The notes: generated from the sequence alone by a model not told the origin. DNA of 64,000 nucleotides from Tubulanus polymorphus (GCF_964204645.1 NC_134025.1:14136001-14200000), one strand, 5' to 3'. Shown: positions 15,301 through 30,300, counted from the first letter of the stretch. Made by a program: numbers and translations.

Positions 15301-18300
15301 TTCCCAGCCTTTCGATTTGCGGACAGGTGAATCAGTTACATTCTTCAAAATCAACCATAAAAAACCAATTCATCTACTTATGGAGTAAAATGATGAGTGA
15401 TATGCATCAGGTAGTTGTTCTTATCTAGTGAAATGAATAATTAAAACTTGACCAGATGCATTAACATAATGAAAATAAAATATTATATGGAGATAATATC
15501 ATTTTAATTCAAATACCTAGCATTAACCAGTGTTGTAAAAAATAAACAAATAATTTTTTTTCAAATAAACCAGCAACAATAGATGCTTGTATCAATATCT
15601 GAAAAATGGAAAATGAAGCAAAAAAAAATTCCATTCTAATGATTCAAAGCAATTTCAATTCACAATTTTCCATTAGATAAAGTTCTCTGCTGGTTGCTAT
15701 CAATTATTGGCAACAGATTAATTTATGGAGAATTTGCTTCGCTGATGTACCGGTACTACTGTAAATTATGGTTAAAAAGTTCATTGCATGAAAACCACTG
15801 CAAAAATAAACATTTTCAACCCCGCGAGCTCTCCCCCACTCCCCAGCGGTGGCTCAATCAGTGCCTTTGCCAACGATGCTACCCCCCCCCACCCATATCT
15901 CCCTGACCTGCTAATCAGTTACATTTTGATAACACTGATTAACAGAAGGATCTGACATTAACTTGCAAACTAATATAATTGATATTCATGTTTAGGAACG
16001 CTTGTGCCTGATTATTGTTTGCCAGACCCTGCATATGTTGAAAATCATTTCAGGGAAAAGATTTTCAGAACAAGAGGCCCATGGGCCTTGAAGCATTGGT
16101 AGATTATACTGTGGTAAGGTATTAAGTGGTTAATGTATTGCAAATGTACTGTGACGATGTTGATTGGGAGGACCACAGACATAAGGTCAATTTGTGTAAG
16201 TACGATTTTCATTTTTACTGAAAATGAATTTCATTTTACTGCCGAACGATTTAGTCTAAGCTATTTGTATTGTTAAGCCTCATTAATACTAATCTGTTAA
16301 AAGACAAAACTAGTTTATTCTGATGTTTTCCATCATGTCCCAGCTAAGATATTTAAATCAATCAAGATTTGGAATTCATTTAATAAAACAATTTCGGCAC
16401 TTTCGCCAACACATGATTCGTATCAATGTCTAAAACTGTAAGGGTAATCTCGACTGACTCTGGTTTTTTGCATGAACTGTTACGCCCTACTCTACAGAAT
16501 AATGAAAACAAAAACAGAACGATTTTTCTGAATGCGAGATGTATACGTAGATCAAACGGTCAAACGCACGCATGCAAAACGTTGTTCAGAGAGCGATGCA
16601 GGCGTTGGTGTCACTGAGGAAGGCCGGCTGAAGATTGTCTGTTTGGCTTTACGTCGTTTGGTTCTTGGTATCCCAAGACTAACCCTATTGTTTGTCCATT
16701 TAACCTCATGACAGGACGGCCTTTGAAGTGTTGCCTGCACACTGTACACAGCCAGCAGGCCACAAACCCACTTAGCACTGATAGTGGATGCCAGGGATGA
16801 AAACAGAGGCATTAAAAAAACGCAGAAAAATTTGAAATAAAAGTATCAGAGGCTAACTACCTGCTGACCAAGCAAGCAGTCACGAGCACCGAAGAAGCGA
16901 AGCCCCTAAAGGGGGGTTTGGGTGCACATGAGGTAGGCAGGGTATCTTTAAGTGAAAACAAATCTTAGAATATGGCCGAACCGATGGAATTTTACAATAA
17001 ACTGTCAGTCAACTGATTGATGATACAACAGGGTTGTTCTCGGCGTACTTAACAATGATATTATCCTCCAATAAACAACTCTGGTATAATTGAATAAAAT
17101 GATCTATCCTTATTTGTGATATCGTATCACGGATGGTAGCCTAGTTTACCGTTTGATGTTCCGTGTCATCATGATATGGTTTTAACTTTAGATAAGGTTC
17201 CCGCATGATCACATAACTTACCTATACGGGTTTCAGTCATAACTAAGCCTACCGTTCCACTGCTCTAGAAATACGTATTCTGCCGCTGAGAATTAATCCC
17301 AATCAATCTCATTGCTTCTGATAGGAGGAATAACAGTGACATTTAAACACTCTAAGATATTTATATACTGGGGGTACATAAATTTTCTATTCAAAAGAGA
17401 CCATTCCCCATTCTTTACTGCCAATGTTGATGCGGACGTATCTCTACGCGATTGCTTAAACCCCTCTCATTCACCAGATAACTAACAGGGAAAAATGTGA
17501 TAGAAAAGCTTTTTGGACTATCAAATCAGAAATCTGGCGATGCTATGTTGTAGGGAATTATTGAAACATTATTTTGAGTCATTTTAAGCTGTTTCTAATG
17601 TTTTATGTGAATGGAGTGACAATTTAAAGTTACTATGAGAAGAGTCGGCACTATCTTTTCATACTACTATTTTCGATCCATTTTACAAGCATTGGCATGA
17701 TGTCATAGACGTCAACCAATGCTAAAAATGGACTTACTTTCTGACATATTTAACAAAAAAAAAACCCATCCTATCCAATCCCTGGTACTGGGCTTTCCCA
17801 GTGACTCTCAATAACTGTGTGATTTAATATACAGGGTCCAGTTTTATAAGTGATTAACGTATGAATTGATTAAGGAGAAACTAGGCCTAAACAAAGAAAT
17901 TAAATCGATTTAAGAGTCAAACCTTGTTGCATGTTAATTCAACAGTGTGTCTCAAAAAATGCGTTACCATAGCAAAAAGATTAATTATTCATTTACTATA
18001 ATTGAAATAAGATTTTTTGGGGGGTAGGTTGGTAGACCTAGATGTTTACTCAAGGATGGAATGTTTAAATGCAAGAAATAAGTCATGCATGGCTGAGCAT
18101 ACCATGTTTTTGAATGGTCCTTAAAATGGAGTCGAACCAATACAAAAAATAAGGATTAATGCATTATATGCGTTTATTGATAAATGTTCCGCTTTCACTT
18201 CACATAATTTGAGACCAGACAATTAAATCATCTGAAGCAGATTTCTACGTGATAAAATTGTTGGTATTCATGACTAATTAAGCTTCTCTGGAACCTGTTC

Positions 18301-21300
18301 AATATCATCACCATTTTACCAATGCACAATTAAGCGCAATGTTGAATGTCTTTTGAATTACTTAGTTTTTACATTTCCTGACACGAAAAAAAATCACAAG
18401 GAGTGGAATTCAATAATTTTGTGATTTTGCGAAAGTGCATAAAAATTCTGATTCCTCCGTTTCGTTTCTGCACGGTAATATTTCTGTTTTTACCATGTGA
18501 TGCAGTCCTGAGGCCACGTATTTTCTCGATAAGTAGATCACAGAGGCACGTGATGTTATAAGGTAATTTCTTAAGTTCAACAATTCATTCTAATCGTAGC
18601 CTTCTAGAGAGCGTATCTGTTCCCGAAATCAAATATTGTTGCTTAATATTTTTACAATAAATTGAAAGATTAGCAAAGTAAAATTATTTTCAATTTTAGT
18701 AATAATTGTTAACTCAAACATTTTAACGTACCAGTTACCGCCTCAAGGTCACTAAGTAAGAATAGAATTCATTTGAATTTGTACATTTGCAAATGATACA
18801 ATTAACTGGCTTTCATCAGAGAATTAATAAACCATCGATTAAAGGAAGCTTTATTGATTAAAAAAATTTTCTCAATCAATCTGATACGACATAGCTACAG
18901 TGGCAAGCGATGATGATCCAGTAGGATCGCTAGTGGCACTGGGTTACCGACTTCAATTTCCAGCTTCAGCGGGGCGCAAAAACGAGAAATGACCATGCAA
19001 AAACGAAATTTCATTTTTGCGTGATTAATTTTGTTTTTGCGCTGCACAAAAATGGACGGAAAACGAAGCAGGGATCCCAACAGTAGTGACCAAAAAAAAT
19101 GTGAAATCAATTTTAACTCATTCTGTGCTCGCGACGCCGTAAAGCCATTACGCGAGGCTTGCGGATCCTCCCCCAAAAATTTTTTGAAATTTGAGGCGAT
19201 TTGCGTGCATCTGAGAAATTCTCAGACCGGAGGAATCTAGCAAAAGTTAATATCAGTTTGATGCGGAAGCCATGTTTCATTTATAACAAATGTATAACAA
19301 ATGTATTGAAGATTCTGATTGGTGGTTGAAATCTTCAAACAAACAATTGAAAGCGGGTTCAAATCCTTGAAGCAACAGCTATTTCTGTCGGTAGAAAGAT
19401 TTTTGAATAGTTATAATTAATTTTATTCGAATATGAAAAAAATACATTTACTAGCAGTCGGGCGCGTCAGTCTGATCATTACTGCTGTGTGCTGATCTAT
19501 AGAACACGTGCATGCTGCTCACTTATGTGCGGCGCATGTATGAATGCTATCATACATCGTTCCACTATTTTCTCATTCATACCGTGTCAGTATGGCTGAC
19601 AAACTGAGCCACACCTGACGTAAATCCCTAGAGATCGAAGCATTGTGTCTTAAACTTCTAATCTATATTTAGATTCTAAAACTTCAAAAACTTAAAATCT
19701 AAAAATAGAGAGTCCTACTTGGGCCTATTGCTGGAAAAACACACAGCAGACCTAAATATCATTCAATACAGGAAAGCGAAGCGGTTTCTACTGCCCCAGG
19801 AGCTCCTCAACAAAACTCTCCAATAGAAGCGCCCGAGAAACCACCCACAAAGCAGCCATAGAAAACACTTAACGACTAGACCAACGACGTGAGCAGGATG
19901 GGACCTATCGACGAAAAGAGACCACTCGAACGAGATCAGATAACCAACGAGTGACGCTGTCGATGAATGCTTCTTCAGAGATATGGGGACATCCCGAGGC
20001 ACCTTCAGTCGAGCAACCGAAAAAGCGCAACCGTTTGGAGAATATGGTGCTTGGATAACAGGTCCAGAGTACCTGTCGCCCTAAAAGCATGGCGATTGAT
20101 TGCGGCTGGTAACCGTTAAGGTTAGGAGCCATCTATAAAGTATGTACACATGGTCTAGCTAGGACCTGAGCCAGATCGTATGGAAAGCGCACAACAGGTG
20201 GCAGACAGCTATTAATATGCACGCCCTGAGTGGACAAATTATGTCGTATATATGTATCACTCCGATCCTAGAAGAATGATAACAGTTCTGAATCAAATCA
20301 CTGAAAGACTGAACTGACTCTCTTACATCTAATCACCAATAAAAACCGTTGGTAAGATGTGAGTTATCTTAATGGAGTTAAAGACAATATCATAAAACTG
20401 CAGTGATTCACATTTATATGAGTTCTAAAGTATATACTCAAATAAATCCATAACTTTTCACATAAGGAAGGTAAGAGTGACTATAAACCTCAAGGGAAGA
20501 GGAAAAGAATTCAGCGAGCGAGGTGCCAGTGAGGGTGCATGGATTGTTCACTTGTTGACCACCCGAATCTACTTAGAGCTTCCACATGAAAACTTAAATC
20601 CTGCCTGTGCTAGGGCACTGGAATAAGTGATGAAGGGGAAACCTCAGACTGAAATCCCTGCACTTGTAGGAGACGCTCATCCATGGTCGACTCAATAGTC
20701 GGTTGAACATTATAAGAGCCAGGTGCCTACAGAAAACCCCTCTGAGACAGAAGGGAGGGAATGAAGGCACACGCCGGAACACATGCCCAGAAGGCTGACA
20801 AACCGACCCAATCATTCCTGAGCTGGCTCCTGAGGTGTAATCAAAACTATCCAGCAGGACAACGCTGGCTCTAGCTGGCTGAGGACTGCTGTCACTACTT
20901 GGCTGGGGTTACATATACGCTAGGAATCCATCTCAGCAGAACGAAAGCGTCTTATCTTCCACGCCATCTGGTTGGAACGGGGACACAGACAGCTGGAAAC
21001 CCTCGGATTGACACCTCCATGGAAGAGAAACATAATTCATTAGGGATGGCCAAGGCCTGATGGGCTGAAGAGCGGCCCTGATATCCTTCATGCCTGCTAA
21101 GCAGTTAGCTAGTTTAACTACAGAGATATGAATTCCTTGAACTTGCACCAGGTGAGAATATCTGCTGTCTGATCAGAGAGAATAACTGAGCGAGTGCCTC
21201 CTTTATTCCGAAGACAGGACCAGACTGGCTATTGGTGGCTAACCATACGTGTCTGTCTATCAGACTCCCGAGAGGAATGTCCACACATTTGATCCAAGAC

Positions 21301-24300
21301 CGATTCAAGGAAGGGGGTTGCTGTAGAACATCCCAACCCCTTGTCGATCAGTGCCAGCCGGCCCTCCAAGATCTCTGAAATGGCCTGCTGTGATGATGCA
21401 CCACTGGGATCATCAAGAACGGACCTCTAGACCAGTACTGCCCCCAACGAGTGATGCACGACAGCCTGACTGCAGACTGAAAGGCCTCCGGGGCAAATGC
21501 GCCACCGAGCCGCACTGGATTCGGCTTATTTACCAAGAATGAACACGGCGTGAGTTGAACACCGGTTCGGTCTCAGTAGTTCATCGGACTCAGACGATGC
21601 TAGAGGTTTACAGAGACAGGAACGCCGGGTGGTTGGCTGGCCCGATGACTCCGAATAACTCTGACCTCACACGGGACAGTGCAGTGACCTTTCGGTCGGA
21701 TGTCCCGTCGCAAAAAACGCCGGACAGCACCATTTCCAGAGGTCGAACCGCGCTGGAAGGAGAGGAGGTACCGGACATTTCTCTTACGGTCTCAGCATCT
21801 GACATTAACCGCTAGAGCCTATTACTGAAAATGAAATATAAATAATTTTGTTAAAACAGAATAAATCTATAGAGGCCTAAAGCGGCTCGCTTCGTGGCTA
21901 CCTCGGCTATCATGTCCGGTATTCGGTCGGACTGATACCTGGAGCTGGTTCCAAAATGGAACCAAGCCGAACCCTTACCGGAGGTCGTACCGCGTCAGTA
22001 GGGGAAGAGGTACCAGAGATATCATGCGCCCGCGAATTGGCTTTTCTATCTGTAGGACTAGAGTCCGACATAATTAAGTCAATGATGTTGACCTTAAGGT
22101 ACAATAAAGGTCATTTGAATATAACTGGCCCGGTACCAAATCTGACACTTAGGCCGATCAAGCGGCAAAAGCTGAAAGGAAGCAAATAATAGAACATGCG
22201 AATGAAATAAAATTGAACGCGGATTGTGGTTTACTCGACCGAGAGGTCACCAATTTGTGATGAACAGAAAACATGGCCGCGATCCGGAAACGGAGTGCTC
22301 CGGCCGCGACGATTTAGGATCGTGTTTATTGGTGTATCAGTAAAAGAAATCAAAATGGAACAAACTCACTGATGAAAACAGCTGAATAGCTCTGTCCTGA
22401 CCAATAATATGTGGCTTTCAACCACGTATAACTAGGGGTCCAGGGACACCATGCCCACTTGAAAAGTGGTTTCAAATGCTCAACAATCTAACAATTTCAA
22501 TATATAACACCCCCTGGCGACCATTTACAAAAACCAATGACCTTGAAACCCACCACAATCATAGAACATGTCAGCAGCTACAATTTTGTAATTGATTGTG
22601 TTAACAACATATGCCTCGTTACCAATTTAATATGGAAATACTAAATTACTCTATTATTCGACGCCCCCTGGTGACTATATGGAATAACTAATGTCCTTAA
22701 AACCTCACCACAATCATAGACGATGTCATGAACTACAACTTTGCAATTGATCATGGTAACAAAATATGCCTAGGTATCAATCTTATAAGGAAATACTAAG
22801 TTATTCTACTATTCAACGCCCCCTGGAGACTATATAGAATAACTTATGTCCTTCAAAACTCACCAAAATCATAGGAAGATGTAATGAGCTACAACTTGGC
22901 AATTGATTGTGGTAACAGAATATGCATAGGTACAAATATAATATAGAAATATTAAGTAGTATGGTAGTGGGTATTCAAAATAATGTTGAGCGGTATAGTT
23001 GCCAAACTAAGGTAACTTCAAAATTCTTCAAAATATGTAGTACTGATTTTGGTTAATATCAATGACCAGGCCAGTTTTGGGTTGCAGGTGTGCCTTGGGT
23101 AAATACATGTATAAATCATACATCAAGATAATCCATTGATGCATCTTCAAAACATCCAACCTCGAATGCATAACTATAAACTAAAAAATAAGTTGTGAAA
23201 TGAACAATCCTAACCTTTTCATCTCCATTTTCTTCATTTTTCTTCATTGCTTGACGCTCATCTTCTTTACGTCCCATTTCTACATTATTGAATAGTTCTT
23301 TGAGACTCTTTCGAATTAGCTCGACTGTAACTGTTACTATTGAGCCAGCAGTAATAGTGTTATCATCATCGTCAAGTACTGAAATATTAATGATATTCCT
23401 TAATGATATTAATAATTTTTCAATTTCCTTAAATACGTTTAACCATTTAAGTCAGGTATTATATGCAGAGCATTAGGTTAATCTCTTTCAGTCTCATAGA
23501 TATAAGTGTTCTCACTGGGTAAATAAATTGCCTATGGGCAAAGTGTGGTTTACCTTGAAAGCTAGAACTTGTTTGGAATAAGGGCATTGCTTGAAAAATC
23601 TTTTTAATTCGTGACTTCAAAGTTCCACAAGTTTATATTGTATTTTATCTTTCTTAAAGAATTATTTTGTAGTCAAATAAGACCAAAGATATACATTTGG
23701 TTACGGCCCACGTCCAAAATTTTGTAGGGTACAGGTAGGCGCGGCAGGGAAACTATTATATTTAAAAAAAAAAAAGTTTCACAATATGAAAAAAATATTC
23801 AATTAAGGCCATCCCAAAAAATTGTGTTTGCCGTATCACCTACTCAACAGGATGAGTCGGTAGGTAGGTAGAAATTTTGTTTGCAAAATTTTTGGGCAAA
23901 AATAAAACAACGAATTTATCACCTTTTTTACACAGAAACAATATCGCAAAAATCATCTTGTGCACAGGAATTTGTCTTATAGCGTAGATTTCGAGAATTA
24001 TTCTAAAATTATAACTTCGTCCAGAGTGTCATCTCTGTGTTAAAAATTAAAAAGTATATTGAATAGTGCGCGCTTTTACGTTACCAGCTTTAATATAGTC
24101 ACTATGAGAATGAATGGCAGCTTATTGGAACACTGCCAGATACCTGGAAAACTTAAATTAGGCCACATGTCAAGGCATGTTTTCACACGATGCACACTTG
24201 AATTCAAACATACGTAGCTCATACGTCGGCAGTGGGTCGGTCGGTCGGCAGTTTTTATCAAAAATAAAATTTATTTCAATGAATCCCAGAAAAAAAGTTT

Positions 24301-27300
24301 TCACTCGGTCGGGTCGGTTGGGTTACGGCAAACAGATCATTAATATGGGATGGCCTAAAATTCATATGATGTCACATATCAGCGGGTGGCCGCGGAAGTT
24401 AAAATACTGGTACAGAAGAAATCGGCTATTTACGGTGGCTGATTCGGGCCATACTAAAAAAATTTTCTGTATGGCTAGAGCAACGATAAAAAAAGTTTTC
24501 ACATTTCCCTGTTTTTTGGTTTTCTCACGCGAGAATTCAAAAAGTTTTGAATTCTCAAGCGAGAAAACAAAAAAATGGGCATTGTAATAAGTTTTTAGCC
24601 AGTCAGAAAAATTTTTAAAACCAAAATGTTTAGTTTTTTCGCGCGAGAACACAAAAAGTTTTGAATTCTCACGCGACGAGAAAACCAAACTAGGGGTCCA
24701 GGGACACCATGTCCACTTGGGAAGTGGTTCCAAATGCTCAACAATCTAACAATTTCAATATTCAACGCCCCCTGGTGACCATATACAGAATCCAATGACC
24801 TTGAAACTCACCACAATCATAGAACATGTCAGCAGCTACGACTTTGTAATTGATTGTGATAACAAAATATGCCTCGTTACCACTTTAATATGGAAATACT
24901 AAGTTATTCTACTATTCAACGCCCCCTGGTGACCATATTCAAAACCCAATGACCTTGAAACTCACCACAATCATAGAACATGTCACGAACTATAACTTTG
25001 TAATTGATCATGGTAACAAAATATGCCTAGGTACCAATATAATAAGGAAATACTAAGTTATTCTACTATTTAACGCCCCCTGGTGACCATATAGAATAAC
25101 TAATGGCCTTAAAACTTGCCACAATCATAGATGATGTCATGAGCTACAACTTTGCAATTGATTGTGGTTACAAAATATGCATTGATACGAATATAATATA
25201 GAAATACTAAGATATTGCTTTATTCAACGCCCCCTGGTGGCCATATACAAAAACCAATGACCTTGAAACTCACCACAATCATAGAACACGTTATGAGCTA
25301 CAACTTTCTAAATGATTGTGGTAACAAAATACGCTTAGGTATCAATATAATGTGGAAAAACTTTTTCCCACTTACGAATGAGTACTGCTGACACCAAGAT
25401 GGCCGCCAATTGCGTCATAATTGGCTGATGAAAAATACCTGTCTCAGGTATAAAACATCCCTTTCCAAAGAATACCCATCACAAATTGCAATGAGAAATG
25501 ATAAACCAGTAGGAAGCTACAGGACTCAGAATTTTGGCCAAAATTAACATTTTTGGGCACTAAAAAGGTCATAGGACGGCCATCTTGAGTCCGATCGACC
25601 CAATTTTTGTTATGCTGATGGGCCCTGGGGGATATCACATATATCCGAAAGGTCAAGGTAATTGATCAAAGCGTCTCAAAATTTCCCTCAAAAAGTTCAA
25701 AAATGTGTAAAAAGTGCTGATTTTGGCGAACAACAATGGCTGCCAGTCGGCCATCTTGAATCTGACAGGGCCAGTTTTTGGGCTGAAGATGTGTCTAGGG
25801 TAGATACATGTGTAACCCAAATATCAAGACATTACCTTGAAGCGTCTTCAAAACTTCCCAAAATAACTGGATTCCGTCTACGGACGGACGGACGGACGGA
25901 CGAAAAGTGAACGCAATAGCCCGCTGGGACTAAGGTCCCAAGTGGGCTAAAAATGGGCCAATGTGAAATTTTTTTTATCGTTGCTTTAGCCGTACAGAAA
26001 ATTTTTCAATATTGCCCGAATCAGCCACCATAGCTATTAGATCGTTTTGAATCCTGGAATTCACGATTAAAATATTCAGACCTCGATCTATACTTGTAGT
26101 TTGCTGCTTAATATTTTCAGGTCACAAGAAATTACAATTTATTACAAATTCTATCGAACAGAAAACACAGCGCTCATCTTCTGCTACGATTATTCAGCCT
26201 ATTTTCATCTCAAACGTGCAAGCGTTACAGCATCACCTTTAGTAGTGTACTGTACGAGCTTGTGTGTGTGACGTGCAGCACTCCCGAGGCCTCGTGTAAG
26301 TGAATTTTAGCTTACACTTCAATGTCAATCAAAACAATCGCCGGTTATTAAAATCAAACAATACCTATGGCGGAAGTGTGAAATAATTACATCCTCACCA
26401 ACAATGAGCATTTGAAATTCGCACGTATACGGCACCTAGTCCAATGAAACGTACGCCATTCTATGGCTTTCCCATAAATATTTAGTAGCGCCGAATTCCC
26501 TGTATATCCCAAAAACAGCCAATCCCATTCGCTCATAGAGACGACGCCCCCCAATCGAGGTCATTGCAATTTTATACGCGAGAGCTAAGAATTTTCCCGC
26601 CAAAAACAGTTTTTCGTCGAATTTTAACTCAGTTGACCATGTCATCGACGGAGGTTCGCCATGTCTTCAATCGCATCGATTATGCATTGTTTAAGCCGAG
26701 AACCAATGAAACAAATGCTCACATAAAAAACGTACCGCGATTTTACATGAATTGGCTCAATGCCAAAATCATATTGCTGTCAATGGTAAACCAAAAACAA
26801 AGCATGGTGGTCCTCAGAATAAAACAACGACACAAGCCTCACCAGGGAAAATTCTATATTTGTAAGTGCTCAGATACGTTCTCCCAGCATTTGGGGATAA
26901 CAATTTGTTTGAGTTTGGAGCACTTTTCTACCATAGATGGGAAGGCCTATATGCATAAAATCGTTTGATCTTATATCCATCTATAGAATTAAATTTTGTC
27001 AATAGAGCATTAAAGCTCATATAAATTTTAACAAGGCCCTTTTTCAAAATTCAGCTTCGTAGGATTTGGAGAATGGATAATGCCTTAATGAATGATTTGA
27101 ATTTGAATTTTTATTCGTATGATTCTATATGAATATATGCTCAGTTGCACAGTCAAAGGGCCTTAGCTCTGGAAACCATGTCATTTAAATCCGCTACATT
27201 TGTATCGTAATAGGCTCAGCCTATGGCTGGTCTAAAAGTGCGTAAAAAGTGCTGATTTTGGTGAACAATGGCTGCTAGTCAGCCATCTTGAATTTGACCA

Positions 27301-30300
27301 GACCAGTTTTTGCGCTGAAGATGTGTTCACGGTAGATACATGCATAAACCAAATATCAAGACATTACCTTGAAGCTTCTCCAAGTTAACTGGATTCCATC
27401 TACGGACAGACGGAAAGTGAATGCAATAGCCCGCTGGGGCTTAAGTCCCAAGTGCACTAAAAAGCATCATGCCCATCATATCAATTTATATTCTAACATT
27501 CCATTGTATTGTACTACCCCTTAGCTTGCCCCTCTTTAATTTGTTTTTGGCATGGAACTGTTTCTATGTTTATTCTGCCTTCGTTTATATTGCTTCTGAT
27601 TACTTAATTAGTCTTTGTTCTGGATTGTATATTTCACAATTTTTGTAGTAACTCAGTATTCCTGAAGACGACTATTAGAATAAAGTCAAAATGTCAGATA
27701 TACTTTGTCTTTAGTTATCATTTTGGATTCTATCATCGTCACAACACGGATATAGTGTTTACCAGTGGTTCCCAAAATAACTGGATTCTTCGGACAAATG
27801 GATGGACAATAAATGAACGCAATAGCCTGCTGGAACATAAGCTTGGGCTAAAAAAGTAAAATTAAATAGTCATAAGCTCTATGCCACATGTGAATACCAA
27901 CAAGACTGATCACTGAAGCTGCTGAAAAAACATCATGGGAAATCCCTGGATATTTTATAGCACGCTAAGGCATACAGTTATTGATGTATATACCAGTTGT
28001 TTGACATATCATTCTTTATGTTTTCAAAATGCTAACCTTCAGTTGTAACTCCCATACTCAAATAAGGCATACTACAGCAGACATTTAAAACATCCCTATA
28101 ATCATCCTCTGGTAGATTACGTAATAAAGCACGACGTTCATCTTCATTCAGTGATACAAACTGTTTTATACTACGGATATTTCTCTACAACAGAAGAAAA
28201 TTTGGTCATGGCTAAGTAACTCTAAAACCTAACCGATAACCCTAATGTGATATTAAAACTATCAACCCTAATCTAATACTGTTAATAACAACAATGAAAT
28301 TTCTTGGGACTGGTGCTGGGCACAAGAATTAACCTGCTGTCCAAGAAGTGACACTTCTAGGACAGCAGGCTAATTCTTGTGCCCGTTTCTACATACAGTA
28401 TGACCACTTTTTCATTTCAAGATTGCCAGTGGGCCAGGATATAGAAAATAAGATACCTATAATGGTGCATTCTTCAAAAGAACGAAAATTATACCTTTTT
28501 AGTATGAAAATGCCTTAGAAAATCATCATTTATGTGTGGTAATTGTAAAAGTGGACTCTTGTTATCCCAAGTGGCTTGAATAATCATCTGACTTAACTTC
28601 ATACAATTTTCTATTGTTTCTAATCTAGGTACATGGATAGCTGCAAAACAAAACATTGAAATGTAAAAAAGACTTGTTAATTACAAAGATTGATCTAAAA
28701 AATAATGCAATTGGTTATAAGCAATCATTTTTTATGTATACAGGGTACACTTTCGTACACCAGGCATGTGAGTTGATCTTAATTAAAAGAACGGAACTCA
28801 GAACCTGCTCGCTCAATGAGGGCAGTAAATCGGCGAATTCAACACTCCATTAAGGCTGGCTTATGTCGACAAGCAACGTGACGCCTACCGACTCATCTGA
28901 GAGCAACCGCGATCGCAGCCCAGCTTATGTCAACTGCGCTCCAATTCGCAGCAACTGAGGCCGACTAGCGGGATATGAGATCCTCCCAGTTGCTTCCCTG
29001 CTTATGTCGGTTGCGATTACTAGCAACTGCAACGGCTCAAATGGTCACGTGATAAGCATTTTGAGAATAAATTTGAAATATTAGGAAATATATTTCTATT
29101 ACAAACGCTATTTCTTTAAGACTTTGATCTTTCTGATTCTGTTTTGAATATAACGTGCTAGCGACATCTATAAAGATGGCAGCTCACACCATAATTCTAC
29201 CAATTTCGTTTCTAGATCTTCGGTCCAGTCCTCTGCCGTGCTGAAGGTTTGGTTTACGTTTTGAACTACTTGAATTTGAAAGTTTATGACTAATTACGAA
29301 TGACGCTAACTAGTGGTGATAATTTGTACTATGTATATGCGGTCTCTCATTGGCTGGAACCCCAGCGCTCAGTTCCGTCGCGTTGCAGATGAGCTTATGT
29401 CGGCTGCGATCGAAAGCAACTGCCCGCCTACCGTAGGCCGGAGTAGAACATGGGCAACTAGCCGGATATGGCTTGTGACGAGTCGGTAGACGTCGCATTG
29501 CCGTCGCAAGCCGGCTTATGTCGAACCGATTGAGGAGCAACTGGCGGCCTCTCGTAGGCCGTTCTTGCCGCTAATCGGCGATAAACCCAGTTGCGTCGGT
29601 AGGCGTCGCGTTGCTTGTCGACATAAGCCAGCCTTTAGGCCATGAATCCTGTGTGCACACTGTGATATATACAAGTTCATGGCCAAAAATGCACTTTACA
29701 TGAGAATGCACTATGTATATATGAATAGGAAACCATGTACAAGCTACTGTCACTGAAGAGAAGTTATTGGCTTGAAGCTTGGAGTGATAACAAATCATGG
29801 GCACGAAAACATTGATAGGGGTAAAATGTAGTTAAACAAAATTTCAACCCATCAGCAAGCAGGAATTTTCATTAAAATTATCATTGAGATTTTTCATTAA
29901 GATTTAATCTTTTGCTGAGCACATGTCAAAATTTATCAGTATTTTTAAAAATGGGCTTTGAAGCATTGGTAGATTATACAGTGGTAAGGTATTAAGTGGT
30001 TAATGCTTTACATCTGCCAGAAAATGTTCTATGAAGATGTTGATTGGGAGGACCACAGACTTAAGAATTGAATGAATTTCATTTTTCTGCCGAAAAATTT
30101 AGCTTACGCTATTTGTGTTGTTAAACCTCATTAATGCCATTTTGTTAAGGACAAAAGTAGTTTAGTTTTCCATCATGTCCCAGCCAAGAGATTAATATTA
30201 ATCAAGATTTGTATACAAAAACCCATTTAATACAACAATTTCAGCACTTTCGCCTACACAAGATTCGTATTTAACGGACAACTGTAAGGGTAATCTCAAC

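Larger units (their letters stand above)
23521..26800 (+). repeat. Long interspersed repeat hosting nested MITEs; other copies about 11580-12030 and 36570-37630
   Basis: Shared start aattgcccatgggcaaagtgtggtttaccttgaaagctagag and colinear downstream blocks. Confidence 0.8.

Noticed and set aside
24761-25360. 154-bp units as a repeat-spacer array or RNA gene cluster
   Set aside because: The whole unit is repeated with no variable spacer, and it is internal to a dispersed HINE-like element.
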